Origin: Patescibacteria group bacterium
Lineage (GTDB): Bacteria > Patescibacteriota > Patescibacteriia > 2-01-FULL-39-33
Direction: 5' to 3'
DNA length: 32,000 nt
Assembly: GCA_041662745.1 (NCBI GenBank)
Contig: JBAZRV010000004.1
Location: forward strand, 1-32,000
Shown here: positions 1-8,463 of the stretch, piece by piece
Numbering within the stretch: position 1 is the first letter of the stretch
Layout: the number at the start of each line of letters is the position of its first letter
Notes under the pieces: model-generated
The model's input: only the letters and a program-made list of their open reading frames with translations
Databases searched by the model: none
Told to the model about the DNA's origin: nothing
Translations under genes and position numbers: made by a program

Positions 1-187
1 AAATGAAGAGAAACTTCATTTATTCAAAAAAGTCGGTTCGAACTTTATTATTGAAGCTCGAACCGTACTTTTTGAGCCACGCGGAGCGTGGCGAACCCTT
101 TCAGATTCAGGATTTTTTGGGGGGAATTCAGAACAGACGGCGCTTCGTGCCGACCCCATTTCGGCTTCCAATTCCGATTTTCAATTT

Positions 188-277
188 TGGCGGAGAGGGC
201 GAGATTCGAACTCGCGGTCCTTTTAAGGGGACTTCAGTTTTCAAGACTGACGCATTCAACCGCTCTGCCACCTCTCC
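188..277 (-). tRNA. tRNA-Ser (anticodon TGA), CCA encoded
   Basis: The reverse complement reads GGAGAGGTGGCAGAGCGGTTGAATGCGTCAGTCTTGAAAACTGAAGTCCCCTTAAAAGGACCGCGAGTTCGAATCTCGCCCTCTCCGCCA. It has acceptor stem GGAGAGG/CCTCTCC, anticodon stem-loop TCAGT-CTTGAAA-ACTGA, a long variable arm (GTCC..GGAC), and T-arm GCGAG-TTCGAAT-CTCGC. Confidence 0.9.
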
Positions 278-385
278 AGACATCAAATCAAAAAGGAGGG
301 CTACCGCGTTCCGCTCTCCTAACCGTTAAAGAAACTCTTCGGAGCAGTCGGGTTAAGTACCACCAACTGCGGGTTTCACAAGGGT

Positions 386-415
386 ATTATAGCATGATTT
401 TTTAGCGTTCGTCAA
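386..415 (-). promoter_or_regulatory. sigma70-type promoter (TTGACG-18-TGCTATAAT) reading toward tRNA-Ser(TGA)
   Basis: On the minus strand, rc(410-415)=TTGACG. It is followed by an 18-nt spacer and an extended -10, TGCTATAAT (rc of 386-394). This would give a ~100-nt leader before the tRNA 5' end. Confidence 0.55.
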
Positions 416-564
416 TGTACTCGGGTCGGGGTCTAATTTAAAATGAGACAAATGAGACACTATAAAAAGAGGAATAATCTATGTCTCAGTTTGACAGATT
501 TAAAACTTTATAGCGTAATATTATTTAGATATTTTCAAGACAATAAATATGCGTCAGCAATACA

Positions 565-1278
565 TTAATGCTCTAAATCATAACTACTATTGAACATGCC
601 AATTTCTCCTGTTTCTGAATTCCTAACCACACTGTCTATTAATCTTGACTTGCTCTCGCCGATATAACCGTCGAGCGAATAAGATTCTAGGCGCCTTAAC
701 CCGCGTCCGGAATATTCCAAGGTTTTGAACATATACCCGATGAATGATCCGGTAAAACGATAACATCTGATGCAGCCAATTAGCCTGGCCTCCAATTCGT
801 CATTATGCCCCCGCCAGCAGAACAGCTTTGGACAATACTCCAGCCATTGGTTAACCAGGTATTTTAAAAAAATCACGAGCTGCTTTTGAGCGCTTAGATT
901 TCCCTTCTGGGCAATGCGCACCAAAACAATGCTGATTTCATCCCTTAATTTCTTATCGTCCTCGTCTAAAGCAGAAATAAAAATATATAATTTAGAGCGG
1001 TATGCATTTAGAACAACATCGAGTTCTTTTTTATTTCGATATAACTTTATTTTATGGTGGTTTTTTCTGTATGGATGCCATCGAGGCTGGAATTCCCGAC
1101 TAATGCTTCGGATCACTTTGTCCCAATCAATGCTGCCGACCTCGGTTCTGATATTCTTAAAAATAAACCGATAAACGGCCGGCGAGTTTTTCAATATCCA
1201 AGAACTGCTGAAAGTTTTAGGCTGTTGCTCTGATAGGATCAGATTTAGCGATTTTATTACCTGATTAAAATTTTTCAA
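565..1278 (-). CDS. hypothetical protein (237 aa)
   Basis: This is a clean 714-nt ORF, divergent from the 1384 gene. The C-terminal half (LIGCIRCYRFTGSFIGYMFKTLEY) faintly resembles sigma-70 region-2 helices, which is too weak to call. Confidence 0.6.
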   Translation of the reverse strand: MKNFNQVIKSLNLILSEQQPKTFSSSWILKNSPAVYRFIFKNIRTEVGSIDWDKVIRSISREFQPRWHPYRKNHHKIKLYRNKKELDVVLNAYRSKLYIFISALDEDDKKLRDEISIVLVRIAQKGNLSAQKQLVIFLKYLVNQWLEYCPKLFCWRGHNDELEARLIGCIRCYRFTGSFIGYMFKTLEYSGRGLRRLESYSLDGYIGESKSRLIDSVVRNSETGEIGMFNSSYDLEH

Positions 1279-1383
1279 TATTAAAAATAGTTTATTTATG
1301 ACATTACTTTATACCCGGAAAAGCAACAATACAAGATAGAGTCGAAACTAAACAAAATTAATCAAAAATGTTAAAATGGTGTT

Positions 1384-2235
1384 ATGGCAAAAACCACTAA
1401 AAAATCCGCTAATAAAACCAGAAGGACTATATATAATCAGGATTATTATAAGGCGCAAGCCATGGCTAAAGATCCTTGGTTTATTGAAAAAGTCAGCTGG
1501 CTAAAATCACGCTTTGCTGAAATCGGCTGCCCTATTCCAGAGGGCGGTTTTGGAAGTTATAAAGAATACATCGCCTGGAATGGCAGATTCTGGAAAAAAT
1601 TCGCTGAAATGCAAGACAGCCAGGAATTCCATGATGAGAGGACAAAGATTACCGGGGGCAAAAGCAATATATCGCGAGAAGAGTACTGGAAACTTGCTGA
1701 TTTTGAGGAAAAATTCTTGCCGCCCATATACGGCCGCCATATAAAGGAAATTCTCGCGCATTTTGGTTTTCCCGAACAGGGATACTTCCATGATTTTGTC
1801 GAATATGGAATTTTTCTTGGCAAAAAAAATTATTCTAATTCACCATTCAATGTGCAGATGATCCGTAATAAAGACACCAAGAAATGGGAACTTTTCATAC
1901 AAATTTACGGTTTTACAAAAAAAGACGACATTTCCAATAACTGGGATCTTATAGCTAATGAACAAAAATATCTTCCTGATTACTTAGGCAAGAGCAAGGA
2001 ATGGGAAACTTTTAATCGGGATTTGGAGGTCTATGATTTGTATAAAAAACTACTACCCGGCAAGGAAATAAAGAAAAAACGCAATATTGAATATGGAGAC
2101 TTCTTTTTACCGAGATCTGTTGATGCGGCTATATTCGCAAAAATTTATGAAAAATATCCAGAATTAAGCACGGAATTGATCAGAAATATCATCCATCGGA
2201 CGAAAAAACGGCTGGGCGAGTTGCCAAACGGCTAA
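1384..2235 (+). CDS. hypothetical protein (283 aa)
   Basis: An 852-nt ORF with an ATG start, followed by a hairpin terminator. I recognise no motif in it. Confidence 0.65.
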   Translation: MAKTTKKSANKTRRTIYNQDYYKAQAMAKDPWFIEKVSWLKSRFAEIGCPIPEGGFGSYKEYIAWNGRFWKKFAEMQDSQEFHDERTKITGGKSNISREEYWKLADFEEKFLPPIYGRHIKEILAHFGFPEQGYFHDFVEYGIFLGKKNYSNSPFNVQMIRNKDTKKWELFIQIYGFTKKDDISNNWDLIANEQKYLPDYLGKSKEWETFNRDLEVYDLYKKLLPGKEIKKKRNIEYGDFFLPRSVDAAIFAKIYEKYPELSTELIRNIIHRTKKRLGELPNG

Positions 2236-2270
2236 GCATATCGTTTAAAATAAACAATTGACTCTGCAAA

Positions 2271-2299
2271 AAGGCTTACAATTAATGTAGGCTTTTTTT
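2271..2299 (+). terminator. rho-independent terminator candidate
   Basis: AAGGCTTACA-ATTA-ATGTAGGCTT forms a hairpin (with G-U pairs) followed by TTTTTTT. It lies 36 nt after the stop of the 1384-2235 gene. Confidence 0.55.
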
Positions 2300-2320
2300 A
2301 ATTTGCAATAATCGAATAAT

Positions 2321-3592
2321 ATGAAAGAAAAACTCCAATGGTCAACCGCCAAAAGAAGAGTGTCCGATCTCGTTCCTTACGAAAAAAATCCTCGTAAATT
2401 AGACGAAAAACAGGCTGCAGATTTAAGCCGAAGCCTTAAAAAATTCTCTTTGGTCGAAATTCCTGCAATCAATTTAGACGGAAAAATCCTTGCTGGACAT
2501 CAAAGGGTGAAAATTATGAAGTTGCTCGGCCGAGGTGAAGAAATCATCGATGTCAGGATTCCAAATCGAAAACTGACGGAGGCCGAATACAATGAATACC
2601 TTTTAAGAAGCAACGCTAACACTGGGAGCTGGAACTACGACTTGCTCCAAAATTATAATATGGATCTGTTGCTGGACATCGGATTCGATGATACCCAACT
2701 TTCCCAGATTTGGGACGGATTGGAAATTGAGGATGACCAGTTCGATGTCGAGAAAGAAATAAAGCGAGCCAAAAAAACAAACATTAAAACCGGCGATTTA
2801 TTCCAGCTGGGAAATCATTTTCTTATCTGCGGTGACAGCCACGAGCAGAAGACATTAGACCGGCTGCTGGGAAACAAAAAAGTCGGCATGATATACAACG
2901 ATCCGATTTATAATATCGGGATCGACTATGACAATGGCATCGGCGGAAAAGCCAATTACGGCGGAAAAGTTAATGATCACAAAACCGGCAGCGAATATAA
3001 GGATTTTTTAAAACAAGGGCTGGAAAACTCCTTGCGGCATGCGGAAAAAAATTGCCACGTTTTTACCTGGAACGACCAGAACAATATTTGGTTGGTGCAG
3101 ACGCTATATAAAGAATTAGGAATAAAGAATCAGAGAGTCTGCTTTTGGGTAAAAAACGGGTTTAATCCCACCCCGAAGATCGCTTTCAATAAGGCGACGG
3201 AAAGCTGCATTTACGGTACGGTTGGCAAACCATTCCTTTCGCCGTATTCAAAAAAGCTCTGCGAAGTTCTGAATAAGGAAATAGGAACGGGCAACCGGGC
3301 CCTTGATGACATCTTAGATATTTTCGATATCTGGCTGGCAAAAAGGGACGCCGGATCAAACTATAACCACAGCACTCAAAAGCCCTTGACTCTACACGAA
3401 AAACCGCTAAAGCGTTGCACCAAGCCCGGCGATATCGTTTTAGATATTTACGGCGGATCAGGATCGACTTTGTTAAGTTGCGACCAATTGAGAAGGATCT
3501 GCTATACGTCCGAGCAAAGCAATATATTCTGCCAATTAATAATCAACCGCTATGAAACAGCCACAAACGTTAAAGCCAAAAAAATCGCCTAA
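2321..3592 (+). CDS. ParB-like nuclease domain fused to N6-adenine/N4-cytosine DNA methyltransferase
   Basis: The N-terminus (VSDLVPYEKNPRKL...ILAGHQRVKIMKLLG) is ParB/Srx-like. The C-terminal part has the beta-class MTase motif order: NDPIYN (DPPY-like motif IV), then HSTQKP, then VLDIYGGSGST (motif I). Confidence 0.85.
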   Translation: MKEKLQWSTAKRRVSDLVPYEKNPRKLDEKQAADLSRSLKKFSLVEIPAINLDGKILAGHQRVKIMKLLGRGEEIIDVRIPNRKLTEAEYNEYLLRSNANTGSWNYDLLQNYNMDLLLDIGFDDTQLSQIWDGLEIEDDQFDVEKEIKRAKKTNIKTGDLFQLGNHFLICGDSHEQKTLDRLLGNKKVGMIYNDPIYNIGIDYDNGIGGKANYGGKVNDHKTGSEYKDFLKQGLENSLRHAEKNCHVFTWNDQNNIWLVQTLYKELGIKNQRVCFWVKNGFNPTPKIAFNKATESCIYGTVGKPFLSPYSKKLCEVLNKEIGTGNRALDDILDIFDIWLAKRDAGSNYNHSTQKPLTLHEKPLKRCTKPGDIVLDIYGGSGSTLLSCDQLRRICYTSEQSNIFCQLIINRYETATNVKAKKIA

Positions 3593-3593
3593 G

Positions 3594-4325
3594 ATGGGCA
3601 CTATCTGGCAATTGGGCGAACATCGCCTCGCTTATGGCGACTGCCGCAATGCCGAATTGCTTGAGCAGCTTTTCGGCCAAGAAAAAATCAACCTTATTTG
3701 CACTGACGTGCCTTATGGCGTAGCAGCGGTGGAATCGAAAAGAAATTTTCATCGACTGTCAAAAGATAAGGAGATTGCCAATGACCATCTGCAATCGGAC
3801 ATCGAGTATCAAACTTTCACTGGGCAATGGCTGAATGCCGTTACGCCTTTTCTGGCCGTTAAGAATTCTGCCTATGTTTTCAACGCCGATAAAATGATCT
3901 GGCCGCTTAGGGAAGGATTGATTGATTCCGGATTCAAAGTCGCCCAGCTTATTATCTGGGTTAAATCGCAGGCCGTCATCGGCCGCCTGGACTACGCTCC
4001 GCAACATGAATTAATTCTGTACGGCTGGCATGGCACGCACCGCTTCCGGCACTCCAAAGACAAGTCCGTCCTTTTCTACCCGCGCCCGACTAAAAGCAGA
4101 CTCCATCCAAGTACAAAGCCAATCGGACTGATTCGCCGGCTCATTCTTAATTCCTCGGAAGTCGGCGATGCGATTTTTGACGGCTTCCTTGGATCGGGCA
4201 CTGCATTATTAGCTTGCGAGCAAACTAAGCGCCGCTGTTTTGCAGTTGAGATAGATTATGAATATTGCCTGACTGCTATCCGGCAATGGGAAAAAATGAC
4301 AGATAAATTAGCAATAAAAATATGA
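3594..4325 (+). CDS. DNA methyltransferase (N6_N4 family, beta class)
   Basis: Motifs present are TDVPYG (motif IV), HPSTKP and FDGFLGSGTALLACE (motif I). The ATG at 3594 lies directly after the upstream stop. The longest ORF starts at 3552 and would overlap the upstream gene by 41 nt. Confidence 0.85.
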   Translation: MGTIWQLGEHRLAYGDCRNAELLEQLFGQEKINLICTDVPYGVAAVESKRNFHRLSKDKEIANDHLQSDIEYQTFTGQWLNAVTPFLAVKNSAYVFNADKMIWPLREGLIDSGFKVAQLIIWVKSQAVIGRLDYAPQHELILYGWHGTHRFRHSKDKSVLFYPRPTKSRLHPSTKPIGLIRRLILNSSEVGDAIFDGFLGSGTALLACEQTKRRCFAVEIDYEYCLTAIRQWEKMTDKLAIKI

Positions 4326-4726
4326 AAGACGATCAAAAATTAAAACAGTTGGCGATCGAACAATTGGGCAAAACTCCAATCGTCCAGGTTGTTTGCGAAA
4401 AAATCGGCTTGCCTCGCTCAACTTTTTACAAATGGAAAGCTAAGGACGATAAATTTTCAGAAGCGGTCGATAAGGCTATGTTTGACGGGCGGAATTTAAT
4501 CAATGACTTTGCCGAATCACAGCTTATCAGCAATATTAAAAATAATCAGCTGACCGCAATTATCTATTGGCTTAACCATAATCACAAGAATTACGGCAAT
4601 AAACTGGAAATAAACGGCAAGTTGAAAAACGATAATGCTCCGCTGACTCCGGAACAAGAGCAAGCCATTATGAGAGTAGTGGAATTAGCTGATTCCACAA
4701 ATCAACATTTAATAAATAACCCATAA
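4322..4726 (+). CDS. putative terminase small subunit (HTH protein)
   Basis: It has an N-terminal HTH (IGLPRSTFYKWKAKDDKFSEAVDKA) and an IIYWLNHNHKNYGNK motif typical of TerS-like proteins. It overlaps the upstream stop by 4 nt and sits immediately upstream of the large terminase. Confidence 0.6.
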   Translation: MKDDQKLKQLAIEQLGKTPIVQVVCEKIGLPRSTFYKWKAKDDKFSEAVDKAMFDGRNLINDFAESQLISNIKNNQLTAIIYWLNHNHKNYGNKLEINGKLKNDNAPLTPEQEQAIMRVVELADSTNQHLINNP

Positions 4727-4730
4727 ATGT

Positions 4731-6257
4731 ATGGAAGTCCAACAAAATGAAGCTTTGGCTTCAAATGATGTTTCCTTAAGAGAAATCATCTCCAACCAAT
4801 CAATGCGAAGCGAGCTGACCCGTCAAAGCCACTGGTGGTTCTTCAATATCTACCTGAACCACTATGTCTCCTATGCAGCCGCTCCCTTCCACAAGCAAAT
4901 TTTCAGCCTAACTGATGACGAAACTATTAAAACCCTGCTTTTGGTGGCCTTCAGAGGCAGTGCCAAATCAACCATCCTGACTTTGTCTTACCCCATCTGG
5001 GCGATCTTGGGCAAGCAGCAAAAGAAGTTTGTCATTATCCTCGGCCAGACCCAAAGGCAGGCCAGGCAGCATTTGGTTAATATCAGGCGCGAACTCGAGG
5101 CCAATGAACTGTTACGGCAAGATCTCGGGCCCTTTAAGGAGATCGAAGACGAATGGGGCTCGTATTCATTGGTTATTCCTAAATACGGAGCCAGGATTAC
5201 GGCCGCCTCCATGGAGCAGACAATCAGAGGTGTGCGACATAATCAGTTCAGGCCGGACTTAATCGTCTGCGATGACATCGAAGACCTGCAAAGCGTTAAA
5301 ACCAAGGAAGGCCGGGATAAAATCCAGCAATGGATTACCGGCGAGGTTATCCCGGCCGGCGATTTGAACACCAGAATCGTCTTTGTCGGCAATTTACTGC
5401 ATGAGGATTCGCTGTTAATGCGAATCAAGGAAAAAATCATTAAAAAAGATATCGATGGCTATTTTCTGGAAATCCCCTTGATTGACAAGGACGGACAGAT
5501 TACCTGGCCGGGTAAATTCGCCAACCTGGAGGATATCGAAAAAGAAAAGAAAAAAATCGGCAATGAAATCTCCTGGCAGCGGGAATACCTGTTGCGGATT
5601 ATCTCCGACAGCGAGCGAGTCATTCATCCTGATTGGATCACCCATTACGAGAAGCTGCCGCCGTTTGACTTTGAGAAGTTTGACTTTAGGTTTACGGCTA
5701 CCGGCATTGATCTGGCTATCTCACAAAAGGACTCAGCTGATTACACAGCCATGGTTTCAGCCCATGTCTATGGCTATGAGCAGAACCTGAAAATCTACAT
5801 CGTGCCCAACCCGATCAATCAGCGGATGACGCACAGTGAAACCTTGAATACGGCCATGAACTTATCCAAATCACTGGGCGAAGGCGAAATGACACACATA
5901 TTAGTCGAAGATGTCGGCTACCAGCAATCAGTCACTCAGGAGCTGGTACGCATGGGCTATCCGGCCAAATCAGTCAAAGTCCATGGCAGCGACAAACGGT
6001 CAAGATTAGCTTTGACTAGCCATTTGATACAGAACAAAACAATCTTGTTTCCACCGCAGGGAGCTGAGCTATTGATCAGCCAACTGGTCGGCTTCGGCGT
6101 AGAGAAACATGACGACTTGGCCGATGCCTTTTCGCTGCTGATTAACAAAATTATCAGCATGAATCATAAGGAGCAGGGCGTAGGATTGTGGGTGCTGACT
6201 GAAGACGGCTGGAGCGGCGGCCGCTACAGAACCAGGGGCAAGGAATTTGAGGATTAA
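4731..6257 (+). CDS. terL: terminase large subunit
   Basis: Walker A-like AFRGSAKST and Walker B LIVCDDIED are present. The C-terminal nuclease-type region includes GVEKHDDLADAF. Its size (508 aa) and position after the TerS-like gene fit. Confidence 0.85.
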   Translation: MEVQQNEALASNDVSLREIISNQSMRSELTRQSHWWFFNIYLNHYVSYAAAPFHKQIFSLTDDETIKTLLLVAFRGSAKSTILTLSYPIWAILGKQQKKFVIILGQTQRQARQHLVNIRRELEANELLRQDLGPFKEIEDEWGSYSLVIPKYGARITAASMEQTIRGVRHNQFRPDLIVCDDIEDLQSVKTKEGRDKIQQWITGEVIPAGDLNTRIVFVGNLLHEDSLLMRIKEKIIKKDIDGYFLEIPLIDKDGQITWPGKFANLEDIEKEKKKIGNEISWQREYLLRIISDSERVIHPDWITHYEKLPPFDFEKFDFRFTATGIDLAISQKDSADYTAMVSAHVYGYEQNLKIYIVPNPINQRMTHSETLNTAMNLSKSLGEGEMTHILVEDVGYQQSVTQELVRMGYPAKSVKVHGSDKRSRLALTSHLIQNKTILFPPQGAELLISQLVGFGVEKHDDLADAFSLLINKIISMNHKEQGVGLWVLTEDGWSGGRYRTRGKEFED

Positions 6258-6411
6258 TTAACTGATATTAATGAAATGAACGCTGATCATATTTAATTGC
6301 AATTATTGATATTTTGTTGTAATTTAATACAAATAGCATAAAATTATTATCAAAAAACTCTAATTTTAGATAAAATTTACATTTTCCTCAATAACTATCG
6401 ATTTTCAGCTC

Positions 6412-6440
6412 TTGACAAAATTTTGACGATATGCTATAAT
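6412..6440 (+). promoter_or_regulatory. consensus sigma70 promoter TTGACA-17-TATAAT with extended -10 (TGC)
   Basis: TTGACA sits at 6412-6417, then exactly 17 nt, then TGCTATAAT at 6432-6440. It lies in a very AT-rich intergenic region upstream of DGR target gene 1. Confidence 0.7.
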
Positions 6441-6479
6441 TACCTATTAAAATAGTTCATTAAAGCAGTGTAAATTAAT

Positions 6480-6534
6480 ATGAGGCGAGCGCTTTGCAGG
6501 CCATAAATAATGGTTTTCAGAGCGCTCGCCTCAT
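6480..6534 (+). promoter_or_regulatory. conserved 5'-leader stem-loop of DGR target gene 1
   Basis: A 14-bp perfect stem ATGAGGCGAGCGCT/AGCGCTCGCCTCAT encloses an inner CCAT/ATGG helix. It is followed by CATTCCGGGGCAAAAG. A homologous element precedes target gene 2. Confidence 0.5.
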
Positions 6535-6606
6535 TCCGGGGCAAAAGCCGCCAGTCCGAGCGATTCGGGCAAGTCAGCAGTACCAATCAAGAAAGGAAGG
6601 TATGCC

Positions 6607-7380
6607 ATGGGTAATCCCACGGTGAGCCGTACCCTGTCGGTACACAAGGAACACGAAGTATTATTGAAACTGGAAGCCGCCGGCCTCGATGACGATCTGG
6701 CCCAAAAAGTCATTGACTCCAAAGACAACGACTTGGCCATGAAAGTCATCCGGCTGATTCAGAACGGCGGATTCGAAGCGACCACGAGCCAGAAACGCGC
6801 CCGCGAAATCATGGGCACGAACATGTTCGGCGTCGAGGAAGCTATCCTCCATTTCGGCGTCAATCCCAGCAAAGCGCAACTGGCCGCTCTCTCCGAGATT
6901 CCGTTCTCCGAGGCGGTACTCGCTCAATGCAAAGACACGCACGTTTTGGTGGCAATCTTCCCGCTGTCCATCCTGGAGATCCGCGGCAAGGTAAAGCGCG
7001 GTCTGTTCTACAGCTACGAGGACTCCTGGTATAACAAACAGTCGTTCGCGAAAGACCGCGGCGAAGTGGGTTGGCAACTCGTGCGCAAAACGCCGGTTGA
7101 CAACTCAACGGCGAAGAACTGGACGGAACAGCAAGCGTTGCTGGGCAAGGAAGACGAGACGCCGACCGCCCAGGTTCTGGCCTACACCATCATCGGGCAT
7201 TTCCTGGCCACAGGCGAACGGCTGTTCGAAAAGATCTACGTCCGTACGTCCACTGTGGTTTTGGTCGGCGGCCGCGTCCACCTCGGCTTCTTCGATGCTG
7301 CCGGCCTCGGGGTCTACGGCCGCTGGGCTGACGATCGCCATGGCGCTCTGGCCGTCTCCTCCGCCCGGAAGTCCAACTGA
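6607..7380 (+). CDS. DGR target (variable) protein 1, 257 aa
   Basis: An RBS AAGGAAGG sits upstream. It is paralogous to 7684-8463, sharing MGTNMFGVEEA...GWQLVRKTPV...TPTAQVLAYTIIGHFLATGERLFE. The C-terminal 40 aa are encoded by VR1. No signal peptide or TM segment is evident. Confidence 0.85.
   Translation: MGNPTVSRTLSVHKEHEVLLKLEAAGLDDDLAQKVIDSKDNDLAMKVIRLIQNGGFEATTSQKRAREIMGTNMFGVEEAILHFGVNPSKAQLAALSEIPFSEAVLAQCKDTHVLVAIFPLSILEIRGKVKRGLFYSYEDSWYNKQSFAKDRGEVGWQLVRKTPVDNSTAKNWTEQQALLGKEDETPTAQVLAYTIIGHFLATGERLFEKIYVRTSTVVLVGGRVHLGFFDAAGLGVYGRWADDRHGALAVSSARKSN
7247..7368 (+). repeat. DGR variable region VR1
   Basis: This 122 bp aligns with TR 8829-8950. By hand alignment there are about 25 differences, 23 of them at TR adenines. 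The last 21 nt (CTGGCCGTCTCCTCCGCCCGG) are identical and free of A. Confidence 0.85.
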
Positions 7381-7393
7381 ACCTTGAATCTTT

Positions 7394-7456
7394 GAGGGCT
7401 TGACCCTCTTGATTCCTTGAGCCTTCGGCGCGAATTTTTTTCGTCGCCGAAGGCTC
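7394..7456 (+). promoter_or_regulatory. post-VR hairpin pair (possible DGR target-recognition structure and/or terminator)
   Basis: Hairpin 1 is GAGGG-CTTGA-CCCTC (7394-7408). Hairpin 2 is the 12-bp stem GAGCCTTCGGCG/CGCCGAAGGCTC (7419-7456). The same pair follows VR2. Confidence 0.5.
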
Positions 7457-7540
7457 ACTTCTTTCCTACTATAACCATTGATAGTTTAATAATATTAGTA
7501 ATTGTCCCTTAAAATAAATGTGATAAAAAAATAGATTGAA

Positions 7541-7586
7541 ATGAGCGTTTTGGATGCCAAAGAATTTTGGTTTCTAAAACGCTCGT
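7541..7586 (+). promoter_or_regulatory. conserved 5'-leader stem-loop of DGR target gene 2
   Basis: Stem ATGAGCGTTTT/AAAACGCTCGT encloses an inner CCAAA/TTTGG helix. It is followed by CTCATTCCGAGACAAGAC and preceded by an extended -10-like TGTGATAAA (7519-7527). Confidence 0.45.
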
Positions 7587-7683
7587 CTCATTCCGAGACA
7601 AGACGTAACAACGGGATCGTATTCCCATTTCTAGTCGCCCCAAACAAAAAAAACAAGGGGCTAACAGAAAAGGAGCACATACC

Positions 7684-8463
7684 ATGAAGTGGACAGAAAT
7701 CCTTGCAGGAGAATTGCATGCAGCCGAGCAACGCCTCAGGGTCGCCTTGGGCGACAAGGCCAGCGAAGTTGTCGAGAAAATCAACAGCGATGCCGCTTTT
7801 GCGGACTCGGTCGCCGCGCAAATCATTATGATGGCGGGCGAGGCTGACAAAAGTTCCACCAGCTTGAACCCGCAATGGTTGCGCGCCCGCGAAATCATGG
7901 GCACGAATATGTTCGGCGTCGAAGAAGCCATGAAGCATTTCGGCGTCAATCCCAGCAAAGCACAGCTCGCCGCTCTCGCCGAGATTCCCTTCTCGGAGGC
8001 AGTGCTCGAACAGTGCAAGAACACGCATGTCCTGGTTGCGGTCTTTCCGCTGTCGATTCTCGACATCCGGAGCAAGGCCAATGTCAAGAAGCTGTTCTAC
8101 GACCAGTCGTGGTACAATGGCGAGTCCTTCGCCAAAAGCCGCGGCAAGATCGGCTGGCAACTCGTGCGCAAAACGCCGGTTAGCAACTCAACGTCAAAGA
8201 ATTGGAGCGAACAGCAAGCTCTGATCAGTCAAGACGATGAAACGCCGACCGCCCAGGTTCTGGCCTACACCATCATCGGGCATTTCCTGGCCACGGGTGA
8301 ACGGCTGTTCGAACGCATTTACGTCCGTACATCGTCTGTGGGTTCGGGCGGCAGCCGCGTCCCCCTCGGCGACTTCGCTGCTGCCGGCCTCCGGGTCTAC
8401 GGCAGCTGGGATGACCATCGCGATGGCGATCTGGCCGTCTCCTCCGCCCGGAAGTCCAACTGA
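7684..8463 (+). CDS. DGR target (variable) protein 2, 259 aa
   Basis: An RBS AAAGGAG sits upstream. It is a paralog of 6607-7380 with a divergent N-terminal ~75 aa. The C-terminus is encoded by VR2. Confidence 0.85.
   Translation: MKWTEILAGELHAAEQRLRVALGDKASEVVEKINSDAAFADSVAAQIIMMAGEADKSSTSLNPQWLRAREIMGTNMFGVEEAMKHFGVNPSKAQLAALAEIPFSEAVLEQCKNTHVLVAVFPLSILDIRSKANVKKLFYDQSWYNGESFAKSRGKIGWQLVRKTPVSNSTSKNWSEQQALISQDDETPTAQVLAYTIIGHFLATGERLFERIYVRTSSVGSGGSRVPLGDFAAAGLRVYGSWDDHRDGDLAVSSARKSN
8330..8451 (+). repeat. DGR variable region VR2
   Basis: This 122 bp aligns with TR 8829-8950. By hand alignment there are about 21 differences, 20 of them at TR adenines. It shares the identical A-free 3' 21-mer. 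Confidence 0.85.

Noticed and set aside
3-405. ORFs 3-329 and 88-405 (+), 108 and 105 aa
   Set aside because: They run straight through the antisense of tRNA-Ser(TGA) and its flanking repeat-like DNA. The peptide GEGEIRTRGPF is simply the translated T-arm. No RBS or coding signature is present.
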